Below are positions 50,564-63,316 of a stretch of 64,000 bases of DNA, piece by piece (the first letter of the stretch is position 1; each line of letters starts with the position of its first letter). Source of the stretch: Phoronis australis (lineage: Eukaryota; Animalia; Phoronida). The notes under the pieces are model-generated. The model was given only the letters and a program-made list of their open reading frames with translations. It made no database searches and was not told the origin of the DNA. The stretch covers positions 65,951-129,950 of the forward strand of contig NMRA01000195.1 in the NCBI GenBank assembly GCA_002633005.1. The letters run 5' to 3'. A program made the translations under genes and the position numbers.

Positions 50564-53500
50564 CATGTGGTGAACACATCCACTACCACAAGAAACAGTA
50601 GGAACACCGCATTTATCCACCTTCACTCATATCAGGCTTCTATTGTGAGTCAGCATGCGTGAATAACTGGCTGATATGCCACCTCTAGAACTACTTTTGG
50701 CTGAATGGATGACCAGGCCATAAAATGATAATTAGCCAAGACCAGTTACTAATGCAACAAAGAATAATGCCATAGCATCACCTAACCTTGGTGGAAAGCT
50801 GTATACTGTATTGGCTCTAATAAACACTTAGAAAAATACATTTCACAGGGAGGGGACACTTATTGTAGCCTACAGCAGTTGAAACCCCGTTTCCCAAACT
50901 GGGTAAAATCTGAAGCTAGGATTCATCAAATTTACGCTCTGACAAATTTGCAGCCTATGACAGTCTTTTCTACAAAATTGTGGTGCATGCTATCAACGTC
51001 CGTAGCTAAATTATGAAAACGTTTCAAAAAATTGTGCCCATCACAGGGCAAAAACTTGCCGACTGATGCGTCGCTGAATCGCGATCGTAAATAGGAAAAC
51101 TTGAACTCTTGAATAAAAATATAGTTTCGACTCAACAAATTACCTGAAGTCTTCCTTATGTTTTACAATTTTTAAAGATCATGTGGAGTCCAGATTAATT
51201 GCGATTAAGTCCAAATCAGCGCTACATCGTACCCCACAACAAGAAATAAAATCTCTGGATGAACACACATGTTGTTGTCACGTGACGTTTGTTGTGAAGT
51301 TCGTCTGCGTATGAGAGTGAGTGAGCGTGCGTGTGCGGGTCATCGACGACCGACTTTTTTGTTACAAAAGGCGGAGGATATGCAAAAAAATGGCGTTTAC
51401 TAGATTGTTTTTCACTTAAACGGCTACAACGTGCAAGGTGAGTGCTGGTTAACTCACAGATTTTGTGTGCACAGGCCGACGGTCGTTAGCTCTACAGTGG
51501 AGTATTAAATAGTCCAAGGCTCGATCTACATGTTCGGGACGAGGTGAACTACCAGGGCTGCGTGAAATTTCTGGGTCTAACGGAGACACTGACGCAGTGG
51601 TCAGCCAGATCGCTGTACCAAGACTTTAGTCAAAATCCAAATTTCGTTTTATCGTGTCCCTGTCAATAATAACGGCCTGCTAAAGTTTCAAAATTTTTCG
51701 TACTTCAGGAACATAACAATCACGTGTTTTGTACTCATACGCCCACGCCGCAGATCACATATCTCGGATGAATGACAATGAATGAGCATTATGAAATTAA
51801 AGAACGTCGTTTTACAGCTTGTAAGATTCATAATAAACGTATTTTGAATATTGTAATGCATGTGTTCCAAAATGTAAATAACTTGGGTCCTATATTTTTG
51901 TATTCGTGCGCGCCGAATGAAAATAATCGTGAGTGTTGCTGTGTTGCAAAATCTCTTACCCTGTGCCGATTTGAAAAATTCAAAGTTGTACTCATATTTG
52001 TTTTCCCTCCTCTTTTCAAATATTACTGTGCAGTAAAAACTACATAAAACTCTTTCCATAAAAAGTACAGTCTACTAGCTAGATTGTAATAAGCTGATCA
52101 TATTCGCATGAGCGAAGCCAATTATCCTCGCTCGTGAATCGATGAATAGAGCAGCTTGGTGGCATCCCTTTGATCGTGAGCCCAGCGCGACTCAGCCAAC
52201 CCGGGTGAGAATTTTACACGTTTGACACACCTTTGAGCGTGTCAAACGTGTCAAACATGTAAAAAACGTGTAATACGTGTCAAAATTGCCACGTTAACGC
52301 GCAAAAGGTGTAAAAACATGACACGCTAGCGTGTCAAACGTGTAAAATTTGCCACGTTAGCGTGTCAAACGTGTAAAATTTGCCACGTTCACGTGTCAAA
52401 CGTGTAAAATTTGCCACGTTAGCGTGTCAAACGTGTAAAGTTTGACACGCTAGCATATCAAACGTGTAAAATGTGACACGGTAGGGTGTCAAACGTGTAA
52501 AATTTTACATGCTAGGGTGTCCAATGTGTAAAATATGATAGAACTCTTCAATAAAGATACAATTTAAATAGGCTTGGCAGTTCTGAAAAGGCCACTGGGA
52601 GGTAATCACCCAATTTGAATGATTAAACATGTTCCCTTATAACATCAAAGGGTTTGCAACAAAAGTTTTCACTGCCTATTCAAATATCCAAATACTGAGT
52701 TAGAGTTGGTTTAACTGTCAGAGAGTGCAATCATGTCAGGAGAGCACTTATGAAGTATGGTTTTCAAGTGTGGTGCAGCTCTAACAGAAGTTTAGTATGT
52801 ATATACTCTGGTTGACAGTGGCTTGATAAACTTTTCTTGCAAATGGTCCTTCTTTTTACAGGTAAGTTTGATTGTAACAGAAAACAAGAGTCAGTAGAAA
52901 CTGTTGACTATGCAGTTAAATATATGAAGTTGGAACGCCTCTCATCTTCAGTAGTATATCAATTCATAATATTGTTGTTATTGGATCAACTCACATTTTG
53001 TGTCAGCTTGAATGAGGATAAGACATTGTGTGTAGAGGTTTGCAAAATCAACATGAACTCAATGTTATGACAAACGTTGAATCACTCTTGGTAATTCAAA
53101 GGTGTTACAAAGTGCGTATGTTCTTTACTTCATAAACTGTCTTAAAGCAACTGGCCTGACTCAAAAGCTTAGACTTATGTGCATATATATAGCAGCTTAA
53201 GCACTTCAAATTTGTATGTTGAACCATTTTCTTATTTCTGTGTTAATGTTATTCTAGATGAAATGAAATTTAGTGATAACAGTATGTGGTAAGAGTTGGA
53301 TAGTTACATTATCCTTTTAATGATTCTATATCATTATCATATTTTGGATTATTTACACTAATAGTAACAATAAACTGTAACTTAAAGAAGAAACCCCTTT
53401 ATACATTTGCTTTCAGTATGGATTCCCATGGTTGATGGTGAGCTGCTATAAACAAGAACATTATGGCTTGTACACGGCCTCTGGCTAAATGTAGGGTCGC

Positions 53501-54095
53501 TACCATGGCAATGACACAGATTACAGGCTAGCGTGTCAAAAGCACCACGTTTGACAGGCTAGGGTGTCAAAAGTGCGATGTTTTTGCCACGTTTTGGCAA
53601 GCCACATTCGACACGCTATAGCCACGTTTGACACGCTAGCGTGTCAAAAGTGCCACGTTTTTGCCACGTTTTGGCATGCCACGTTTGACACGCTATCACC
53701 ACGTTTTACACGCGCATCGCCACGTTCGACACGCTAGCGTATCAAAAGTGCCACGTTTTGGCACACCATGTTCGACACGCTATCACCACGTTTTACACGC
53801 TTATCGCCATGTTTGACATGCTAAGCGTGTCAAACATGGAGTATTGGAACGAAAATTACACGTTTTTGACACGTTTGACACGCTACATTTTACACGTTTG
53901 ACATGCCACGTTTTACACGTTCGACACATTTTTAGAGCGTTCCAATACTCCACGTTTTTAGAGCGTGTCAAACGTGTCAAATTCTCACCCGGGAAGGTGG
54001 ATAAATACGGTCTAGTTCAATTGTCCAAACCCCACCGTTTACCTTGACAAGCGGGGTTAGGACCAATGTTATTAAGTGGGAATGTTTATAGCATG
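50564..54095 (-). mobile_element. CATG-terminated 1.75 kb element, copy 1 (inverted; interrupted by 52200-53993)
   Basis: Reverse complement of 55302-57049 over its whole length once the insertion is removed. Confidence 0.85.
52200..53993. mobile_element. CACTA/EnSpm-like non-autonomous element (CCC...GGG, 2-bp TSD)
   Basis: TIR CCCGGGTGAGAATT; AA TSD confirmed by the empty site CTCAGCCAAGGTGG in the sister copy; long subterminal arrays of GCGTGTCAAACGTG/TTTGACACGC. Confidence 0.85.
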
Positions 54096-54812
54096 TTCGG
54101 CATTATGAGCAAAGTGTCATCAATTTACTTCAAACTGTGCAATTGAATAATGCAATCGAAAGTCAACCGAAGTGCACATCAAGACTATTTCCTATGAAAT
54201 GTCAGCATACTTCTCAGTCTTTCTAAATGTCTAAGGTTTCTGCAGAGCTCCCGGGCCATAACAAATTATGGTGCTATTCAACACGTATAAAATTTTTTGT
54301 CACTTTGTAGTATTTAAAATGTACCAAGTTAAAATTTACTCTCCACTGTTGCAAGCTGTAACTCTGTGCATCAAATGCCAATGAAAACCAATTTGGGTGC
54401 AATAACAATCATCACTTTGCTAGCTCAGATCAGCATCAATGCAAACTGGGTGCTGAATAAGCATCATAAAAGTTAATTGTCTGGGGCCAAGGGAATCTGA
54501 GCATTGAGCAGTGTAAGGGAGAAATTCTCTACATGATCAACACAGCAAATGCTTTATTGCAGTGTTCAGGCAGATGTCAACTATTACAATACTGAGCTAT
54601 GACACTATTATGATCAGTTATACATTGTTATAAATAATTCAATCATAAAACCAGTCACTCACCTGCACCCACTACAAGAAGCTGTTCAAACTGAGCCAAA
54701 ACCCACAGTGAAATATTGAGGTCAATACCTCGTTCAGGCTTTCTTCTAGATCTTGGGTGTTCTGCGTTCAGACACTTCCTGCTCAAAATCAAATTATCTT
54801 CGGTGAACATAA

Positions 54813-57116
54813 TGTTGTAGAAGTGCTTCCGGTCAATCATATATGAGCCTCTGGCTCTGTTAGCTAATCACGAACGGGCAATTGCCTGTTAGCTGATTGG
54901 TGAGCATGCTCCCTGGTTTTATGGGGGTCGCTGGTTAGATTGCCCGGTCGGATAATCTCAGCTATTACTATAAATGGCGAAGTCGGCAAACCGATGATCC
55001 TCCGATGAAGAACTGCACGCTATTAGGACCCGCAGACCTCGGACAGCAAGCATGGATGGTGACGGTGAGGAGTCGAGGACCTGCTGAGAAACAACCGTTG
55101 TGTTCACCTGAGTTGTGGAAGTAAAGGTACCGAGGGAAATTTACGACCTGTATATGAGACAACCTGGTGTTCACCTTTCTAGGACGTGCCTGTTCCGGAA
55201 GAAAGTGAGGTCAGGAATGTTGTAGATGTACTTCCGGTCAATCAAATGAGCCTCAGTTAGCTACTCGCTAATGGGCAATTGCCTATTGACTGAATGGTAA
55301 GCATGCTATGAACATTCCCACTAAATAAAATTGGTTCTAACCCCAGTGGTTAAGGTAAACGACGGGGTATGGAAAATTGAACTAGACCGTATTTATCCAC
55401 CTTGGCTGAGTCGCACTCGGCTCACGATCAAAGGGATGCCGCCAGGCTGCTCTAGTCATCGAGTCACAAGCGAGGATAATTGGCTTCGCTCATGCGGATA
55501 TGATCAGCTGATTACAATCTAGCTAGCAGACTGTACTTTTTATGGTGAGAGTTTTACGTAGTTTTTACTGTAATATTTGAAAAGTGGAGCGAAAACAAAT
55601 ATGAGTACAACTTTGAATTTTTCAAATCGGCCCAGGATAAGAGATTTTGCAACACAGCAACACTCACGATTACTTTCATTCAGCGCGCACTAATACAAAA
55701 ATATAGGACCCAAGTTATTTAGATTTTGGAACACATGCATTGCAATATTCAAAATACTTTTATTATGAATCTTACAAGCTGTAAAACGACGTTGTTAATT
55801 TCATTGTGTTCATTCATTGTCATCCGTCAAATCGGCAATTTCCGAGATGTGATCTGCGGCGTGCGCGTATGTGTACAAAACACGTGATTGTTATGTTCCT
55901 GAAGTACGAAAATTAAGAAGGCTTTAACATGCCGTTATTATTGACAGGGACACGATAAAACGAATTTGGATTTTGACTATAGTCTTGATACAGCGATCTG
56001 ACTGACCACTGCGTCAGTGTCTCCGTTAGACCCAGAAATTTCACACAGCCCGGGTAGTTCATTTCGTCCCCAACATGTAGATCGAGCCTTGGACTATTAA
56101 TACTCCACGGCAGAGCTAACGACAGTCGGCCTGTGCACACAAAATCTGTGAGTTAACCAGCACTCACCTTGCACGTTACAGCCGTTTAAGTGAAAAACAA
56201 TCTAGTAAACGCCATTTTCTTGCATAATCCTCCGCCTTTTGTAACAAAAAAGTCTATCGTCGATGACCCGCACACGCACGCTCACTCACTCTCATACACA
56301 GACGACCTTCAAAACAAACGTCACGTGACAACAACATGTGTGTTCATCCAGAGATTTTTCTCTTGTTGTGGAGTACGATGTAGCGCACATTTGGACTTAA
56401 TCGCAATTAATCTGGACTCCACATGAACTTTAAAAATTGTAAAACATCAGGAAGATTTCAGGTAATTTGTTGAGTCGAAACTATATTTTTATTCAAGAGT
56501 ACAAGTTTTCCTATTGACGATGGCGATTCAGCGGCGACGCATCAGTCGGCAAGTTTTCGCCCTGTGATGAGCACAATTTTTTGAAAAATTATCGTAATTT
56601 AACAACGGAAGTTCATAGCAATGCACCACAATTTTGTAGAAAGACTGTCATAGGCTAAAAATTCGTCACAAAGCGTAAATTTTATGAATCCTAGCTTCCG
56701 ATTTTACCCGTTTGGGAAACCGGCTTTCAACTGCCGTAGGCGGCGTAGGCTACAATAAGAATCCCCTCCCCGTGAAATGATTTTTTCTAAGCGTTTATTA
56801 GAGCCAATACAGCTTTCCACCAAGGCTAGGTGATACTACGACATTATTCTTTGTTGCATTAGTAACTGGTCTTGGCTAATATTATCATTTTATGGCCTGG
56901 TCATCCATTCAGCCAAAAGTAGTTCTAGAGGTGGCTTATCAGCCAATTATTCACGCATGCTGACTCACAATAGAAGCCTGATAAGAGTGAATGTGGATAA
57001 ATGCGGTGTTCCTACAGTTTCTTGTTTTAGTGGATGTGTTCACGACATGAGCACGCTCGCCAGTTTTATGGGGGTCGCTGGTTCGATTCCTGGGTTGGGT
57101 AATCTCGGCTTTTACA
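54813..57116 (+). mobile_element. Miniature LTR element (TRIM-like) with tRNA-like module in each LTR; 3' LTR split by an insertion
   Basis: LTR1 54813-~54972 and LTR2 55218-55301 + 57050-57116 both start TGTTGTAGA. PBS-like TGGCGAAGTCGG at 54975, purine tract GGAAGAAAGTGAGGTCAGGAA before LTR2, B box GGTTCGATTCC in LTR2. Confidence 0.7.
55302..57049 (+). mobile_element. CATG-terminated 1748-bp element, copy 2
   Basis: Short imperfect TIR CATGCTATGAACA / CATGTCGTGAACA; subterminal IR ATTTATCCAC; AG duplicated at the insertion site in LTR2. Confidence 0.85.
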
Positions 57117-58745
57117 ATGGCGTGTGATTAAATGCGTTTATATTCGACTCTACCGCTAATCCTTCTGCAGTCACAACATTACCTAGTGGCTAGTAGGAGT
57201 TCATACTGTGGTGCTGGCCTTGATTTGTGAGGTACTTTACAGCATGTCAGATGTTCTGAAGTGTCTCATGCCTGATTGAAGCCATTAAGCTTTCGTTATC
57301 TCACATTGTTTACGAAAACTCTCCAGGAAGCACCTTCGTTCTCCATTTTGTCTTCAAGCACTTGGTATCCTCAAAACCACTCTTTGACAAAAAAGATGCT
57401 TACAAGTTCAAACTTCGTTGGCATTTAATTCCATATAAAACACTGCAGAATGTTTAGAAACGATTATGAGAAGCAAACAAGTGAGTTTATGTACAACTTT
57501 CATATATTTTTGTACATATCCTCAAACCTAATGCATCACTAGTAGGAAATGTCTTCGGGTTCAGTTTTGATTCGTACACCGGCGCGCTATACACCCCAAA
57601 AACTACCTTTTCATTTAAGGAGCTTAGACTTGATTTTCATAAACAATTAATCGCTGAGAATTCTTGTTGAAAATTTCGTTCGAATGGTCTGTAAACTCTG
57701 TTCATCATTTCCAAACATGAGTTTCGCAGGGCAATTTTCAATAAAACGTTGGCCTAGTACGGTCCGCAAGCTGCTCCTTTGCTCAGTCAGCTTTGTAAAG
57801 TACGGTTTTAAAGGTCAGCAACGGTTGATAGCACTGGCCAATCGTGATTACTACGGAGTCAATCATGGTTTCAACATAACAAGACATTATATAACTATGG
57901 TTGTACAACTATGGTTGACCCATGTTGACAATGGTGAACCATGGTTGACCAAGTGAACCATGGTTAAATGTGGTCCATTTTGCAGGCGAGGTGATCAGTA
58001 GCGTGTGCAAAATGGCCAATTGCAATTCTGATTATATTCCATTTAAATGCAAAATATCAAAATTAGTCAAAATATTATTTCAAAGAGACTTTCTAATAAT
58101 GAATCTCTGATGTTCATTTTAAAAATCCTAAAGCAGTTTTTAGCTGCCCATTTTTGCCTGATTCTTTGATTTGACCAAAAATGTTTTAATTAATTGGTGT
58201 GAAAAAGTGTAGCATTTGATTTAGTAAAGACTAAATTGTGGTTCACTGCCAGAATTATTGAAAAAAATTACTTGAAAATTACCAAGTACGGTTTCTTGAA
58301 AAACACACAGCCAACGCTTCGAAACTTGTAACTTAACTTGCGAATATCATTCATTTTTGGGACATGGTGTTTCTTCAAAAAACCATGACCCAACATCCTA
58401 CCGTACAAATCGGTTCGCAAGCCAAATGCCGTTGCCAGGCTTTGTACTTCCTGGTTCATGAATATTCCTGACCTCCACTGGGAGCGCCAGCATACGTGTG
58501 ACGTCAGCTGTCCGAAAAGGCGTTCGTTCAGATTCACCATTCTGCAGTTCTGATTGGATGAAGGCTCTGACCTCGTGGAGTGGATTATCAAGCAGTCTCG
58601 TACATGTAGTTGACTCATTCTTTTATGAGCAGACTCGTCCAAGTAAGAAGAGAATTTACAGCCCGAAATTGCAATATATTATCTATTAGTTTTCAAGTGT
58701 TGGGACGCAGTTTCACAGCACATCAGGTTAGTCTCATTATCTAAT

Positions 58746-58785
58746 ACACACACACACACGCACACGCACACGCACACGCACACGC

Positions 58786-58830
<45 letters not shown>
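58746..58830. repeat. (CA)n/(CACGCA)n microsatellite
   Basis: Direct reading. Confidence 0.95.
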
Positions 58831-58879
58831 CGCTTCAGTTATATCTATATATACAATGTACTTGATGATAACTGTAGGT

Positions 58880-58975
58880 TAGTGTATCGAGATGGGGTGA
58901 TATGCATACTGATTTAAACGAGGGTGCAGCCCGAGTTCAAATCGCGCTTGCATATCACCTATCGATTGGTAATAA
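58880..58975. mobile_element. Hairpin with CGAGGGTGCAGCCCGAG core, Crypton-like non-autonomous element end
   Basis: Stem GGTGATATGCA...TGCATATCACC with inner GATTTAAAC/GTTCAAATC; family assignment from memory of similar invertebrate repeats. Confidence 0.4.
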
Positions 58976-60430
58976 CCCACAGATATCATCACTTGCGTTG
59001 TAAAACATATTTATCATACCGACCTATCGCGTGAACTACATGCATTTTGAACTACCAGTACATAGACATAGAACGGGCGTGGGCCACTCATGCAGATACA
59101 TGCTGTCAACATATGACGCCATATTGGAGAGTTTTAAACAGGAAAAAAATGGCGGAGAACACCAAGCGCCCTACGGCATCATTCAGGAAATGCTATGTCT
59201 CACAGTGTTATGCCTGCAGCCAAAGTTTGTTTTTGCCCTGCCATTGAGTCATGGGTTTTTGGTTCGGCCATGAGTTTATTGGCGCTGCAACCAGGTTTTT
59301 ATGTTCTGACACCATAACTTAAGCGGAGCGACTATATGCCTTGTTACTACATCAGTCGTGGCGATTGAGGTCATATAAGATCAATTAAAATGATAATTAT
59401 TGACCAGCATATGCTGTCATCCAACGATGATGCTGTTTGCTCATTATATTTAAGTAAATATTTCGTATTAATGACAAGCAAATGTATTTTTACTTGTACT
59501 GAAAAATAACATCCCCGAACTTTCTCGCCACCATCTAAATCAGTACATCTAAGTGAACAGTGTATTCTCTATTGAAATACAATGTATGTACTGCTTTATA
59601 AACTCATTTCTTAATATGTATTCCAAAATCAGATGTTTTCTGTTGTATAAAAACTAACAAATACCTGCAGAATCTGTACTGATGTCGAAGTTGATATTGG
59701 AAATTTTGCAGATTTGAACTACTTGCTTAAGAGCTCTATGTTTTGTGAAGAAACTTGCGCAGAAAAGTAAAGAGCGTGGTAATCAATCAATCCTGTACGA
59801 CTGAATTGCGCAACCAACCTTTACCCAAATTACAGAATTTCCTACTTGATAACTAATTGATAAATACCCAACCGAGCCGATGTACCATTAATTATGACCC
59901 CGTGAAAATGACCCCGGTTATTTTTTTCACTGGGTCTAAATTTAATGTGAAGAATTACCAGCCCATAAAAAACGACCTCACGCCCTTGAAAACCTGTCCA
60001 GGCATTATCCAACGGTTCCCCCGCTACACGGGGCTGGGATAAGCAGACAGTGTGCGTGTGAGAATTTATTTTAAATTTCTAGGCTGAGAGTCGCGCAATA
60101 CGTATATCAGATTAAGGATGGGGATGGATAGGAACAGAAATAATGTGTGGGAGTAGGGCTGATCGTTTTGTGAGCACACAATTACATTGTGTGGGGGTAC
60201 ATGTACTACAAAACGCCAACAAGTGGCTGGTGCTTGATTGGGGGGGATACCGTGTGTGAGAGAAGAATATTTGTACATGTACATTGGCAATTCCGAGCGA
60301 TGCACAGGAAAAAAATGAGTCTGTGTTCTTTGCTTTTTACATCAAGGCGTTCTCCTATTGAGTCTAACTTGTCACAACAAGTTGAGCGGATTACCGCTGT
60401 AGCCAATATCTTAAACTGAATACATATTAA

Positions 60431-62321
60431 AGGAGAATGCCACAACAACCTAATTTGTATCAGCGTAGATCGAGTAGTTCCACTCGATAACAGCAAGTCC
60501 AGCTCTTTCACATGACACTTGACGGCCGACCGAACCAATGACACCAGAGGTTCGAATGCAGTTTGTTCAACAGTTCACAACATTCTTTCTGGTGTCAGCT
60601 TATCTCTTGAATTCATCGGTTTACACCACCAATAAATCATCAAAATTCGATGAAAAAATTTTCAAATACATCGAGTTATTGAAAAAAAGTGTTATTTTAT
60701 TTCGCTTGTACGGATTTTTAGGTATTTGAGCGTAGCGTATCCTACAAAGTTCGGTAGGCCAATTTAGCAAGGACGGTCGCGGGAGTTTGGAGTCTATTCC
60801 GTGATAAATTCAAATTATCGTCCTTGAAATACTGAGAACATAGCTGTGTGTTGTAATTTTAGAGTTGCGATTTTTTCAGATTTAAGCACAAAAAAACGCT
60901 TGCTATCCCGGCCGGTGGCTCGGAACCCGATCAAGCCCATCACAGCCGGACAGAAGACACCACGCACATAAACCAGCCAAAGTTGTAAACTAAGCTTCCA
61001 GTAACGAAAAGAATACATGTATACTAGTGAGCCAAAGAAAAAAAAATGTACACGTAAATATTTCTGTGAATTAGCTGCGAAACTGCAAATCTCCTTACTA
61101 GCTCTACGTTTACGACAGAACCGTCAGGGCAAAAGTTGAGCAGTTACAATGATTCGAATAATGAGCATATCAATACCTAAATTAAGATTCCCCTAACATG
61201 TAACCATAGGATACAAACTCGATTTATTGTTTCACAACAGCTTTCTGTCAGCTAACAATGAATTAGCATGCGCTCACACGGCCTCAGTGCCCGGTCAGTT
61301 AGTTTATTTCATCTAAAGCCGTAACGCAGTGATTTATATAGCTGGCTTCTCCAAACATTTGCATTCAACAACACTCCAAGGTAGTACAACTTGTATTTAA
61401 TGAGACAGACTTTGTTTCAGTTTTATATAAGCATTGGTTAGGGAGAGAATATTTCATTTTGAACAGAACGCACAATAATAAACTTCGACGTGGAACTTAA
61501 CTCGCAATCCCGATTAGACAAGTGCTCATCCGAGGAAGACTTCACAGGTAGATCGTCTGGATTTACAGACTATCAATTCGAACCGAAATACACTGCCAAC
61601 GGAATATGTGGATAGTTCCGAAAACCGTTTGAATGACTTATCATGGTGTCAGTGAGTTAACTCTACGATAGTGGAAACGTCTCAATGACGCTTGCGTCTG
61701 CTGCCACGAAATTCCGCAAGTGAAACACCTTCTTGGGGAAGCGAATATGTGTCTCACGGACCCGTCCTGGTTTTGCACCTCATCTAAACAGAGCTGTGCT
61801 AACGACGTTTTTTAGGGTTGTGAAAAAGATCCTACACCCAGAGGACCAAACAGAAGCCTAAGGAACGAGTCAGTCATCAAAGAGGTTATAAAAAGGTTAT
61901 ATGTTCTCACGCCTTGATTAATTTGTAATTGCGGCCAACTACAATTCTCCAACATCAAAAACTTATCAACAACCGATCCGATAAAATGCAGGCCACTGAA
62001 AGACATGGAGAAGTTTCATAGCGTCATACTTGGTAATAACAGCGAATTTTTCATTCTTCACTACCGCGAGCCATTTCCGAAGCTTTATGGGCTCTCGAGG
62101 AAATCAAAAATGATATACCCGCTTTCCTTACAGATTCACGGTTAGCCATAGTGACACTCACTCTGCAGAAGAACCACTGACGTCACTGCGTCGTTTCTCA
62201 CCTTCCTCACAGGTTAACGCGACGCATCTCGGCGAGGTAAGATCTACCGTATACGGGGTGATGTGGATATAGACCGATTCAGCCGCTAAAACAGACTAAT
62301 AAAATTGGGTGGCATTTTCCT
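60431..62321 (-). mobile_element. Kolobok-like family 1, copy 3 (complete ends, longest THAP remnant)
   Basis: TTAA|AGGAGAATGCCAC ... GTGGCATTTTCCT|TTAA (TSDs 60427-60430 and 62322-62325); THAP stub on minus at ~62150-61980 ending ..LHF. Confidence 0.85.
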
Positions 62322-63253
62322 TTAATTAAGTGCCTTCTGGCAATTAGGGTTGGAAGGTGAGCTCTCTTTTGTTCGAAAATTGCTCTAATCTCCGATAAGA
62401 CCGTACATGTATCTTATATCTTCACTCGGTTGTGCGGTTATAAAATATTTGAACATAAACCGATGACATTTCTGAATTGCCCAAGAAAACTGATCAAGCT
62501 TATACATGTACATGTAGATTTTGAATCACCAACATCGCCCAACTAAAATCGAAGTTAAGACAATCTATTCTATCCGAACGTACCAAAGTACTGGGTTTGA
62601 CTGTTTTCACATGTGATCGGTTATAATTTATCTGCATGTTGTCCTACCAGACAAAAGAGTATACTCACACTGGAGCTAGATGATATAACACGGCTCAAAA
62701 CAGCTGTACGGAACGGAAGAACGCCAAGATGATCTTTAAAAACATGCTTTTTATTTATATGACATCAAGGAGGTCATTTTCACAGTAGTTTATATTAAAT
62801 TTAAACCCCATTAAAAGCGACCCGGATCATACTTTAATTTTACATAGTTACCCTGGGTCATTGTTCAATACTCAATGAAAAGGCTTGTTGGGGCACCACG
62901 GAAGTTCGTCGCGAGTGATCGGCACGTCTCCTGGTTATAATGTATTTGCATCGAGCGGCACGAATTAAATGATAAGTTTGTGCGATCTTGAAAAACGAAA
63001 AAATATACCGCTCGCTGTGGATTGACAACCATGCAGCCGCTCAGGCCACTCGAGAATCTTCCACTGGTTGCGATCTTCTAATAGTTTGATATCTTCCCTA
63101 TAACCTGATTAAATCTTAGAAACGCATGTAAGTGATAAATCACATGTTTTGCATGTTTCTGGAAAACATTACACCCTTCGGCCTCTTTATTTGGTAGATC
63201 TCGCGCTTTGAAAGGAAAAATTTACCCCGTTTGTTTACACAACAGTTACTCCT

Positions 63254-63316
63254 GTCACGTGACTAGTAGCACTCTCCAATATGGCGTCAATTTGTCAGTT
63301 GCAATAGCGCATGCGC
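63254..63316. promoter_or_regulatory. Cluster of E-box/CLEAR-like, YY1-like and NRF1-like motifs
   Basis: GTCACGTGAC 63254-63263, CAATATGGCG 63277-63286, GCGCATGCGC 63307-63316; may simply be a transposon end. Confidence 0.3.

Noticed and set aside
51688-52059. 123-aa and overlapping ORFs in the CATG element
   Set aside because: The frames are not preserved in the sister copy at 55530-55910, and no domain signature is visible.
54883-54954. Functional tRNA genes here and at 17747-17825
   Set aside because: Degenerate acceptor and anticodon arms, and both are embedded in repeats.
50564-57049. One giant element (Polinton or foldback) with 1.75 kb TIRs
   Set aside because: The right arm is an independent insertion splitting an LTR that continues at 57050, so the arms are two separate copies.
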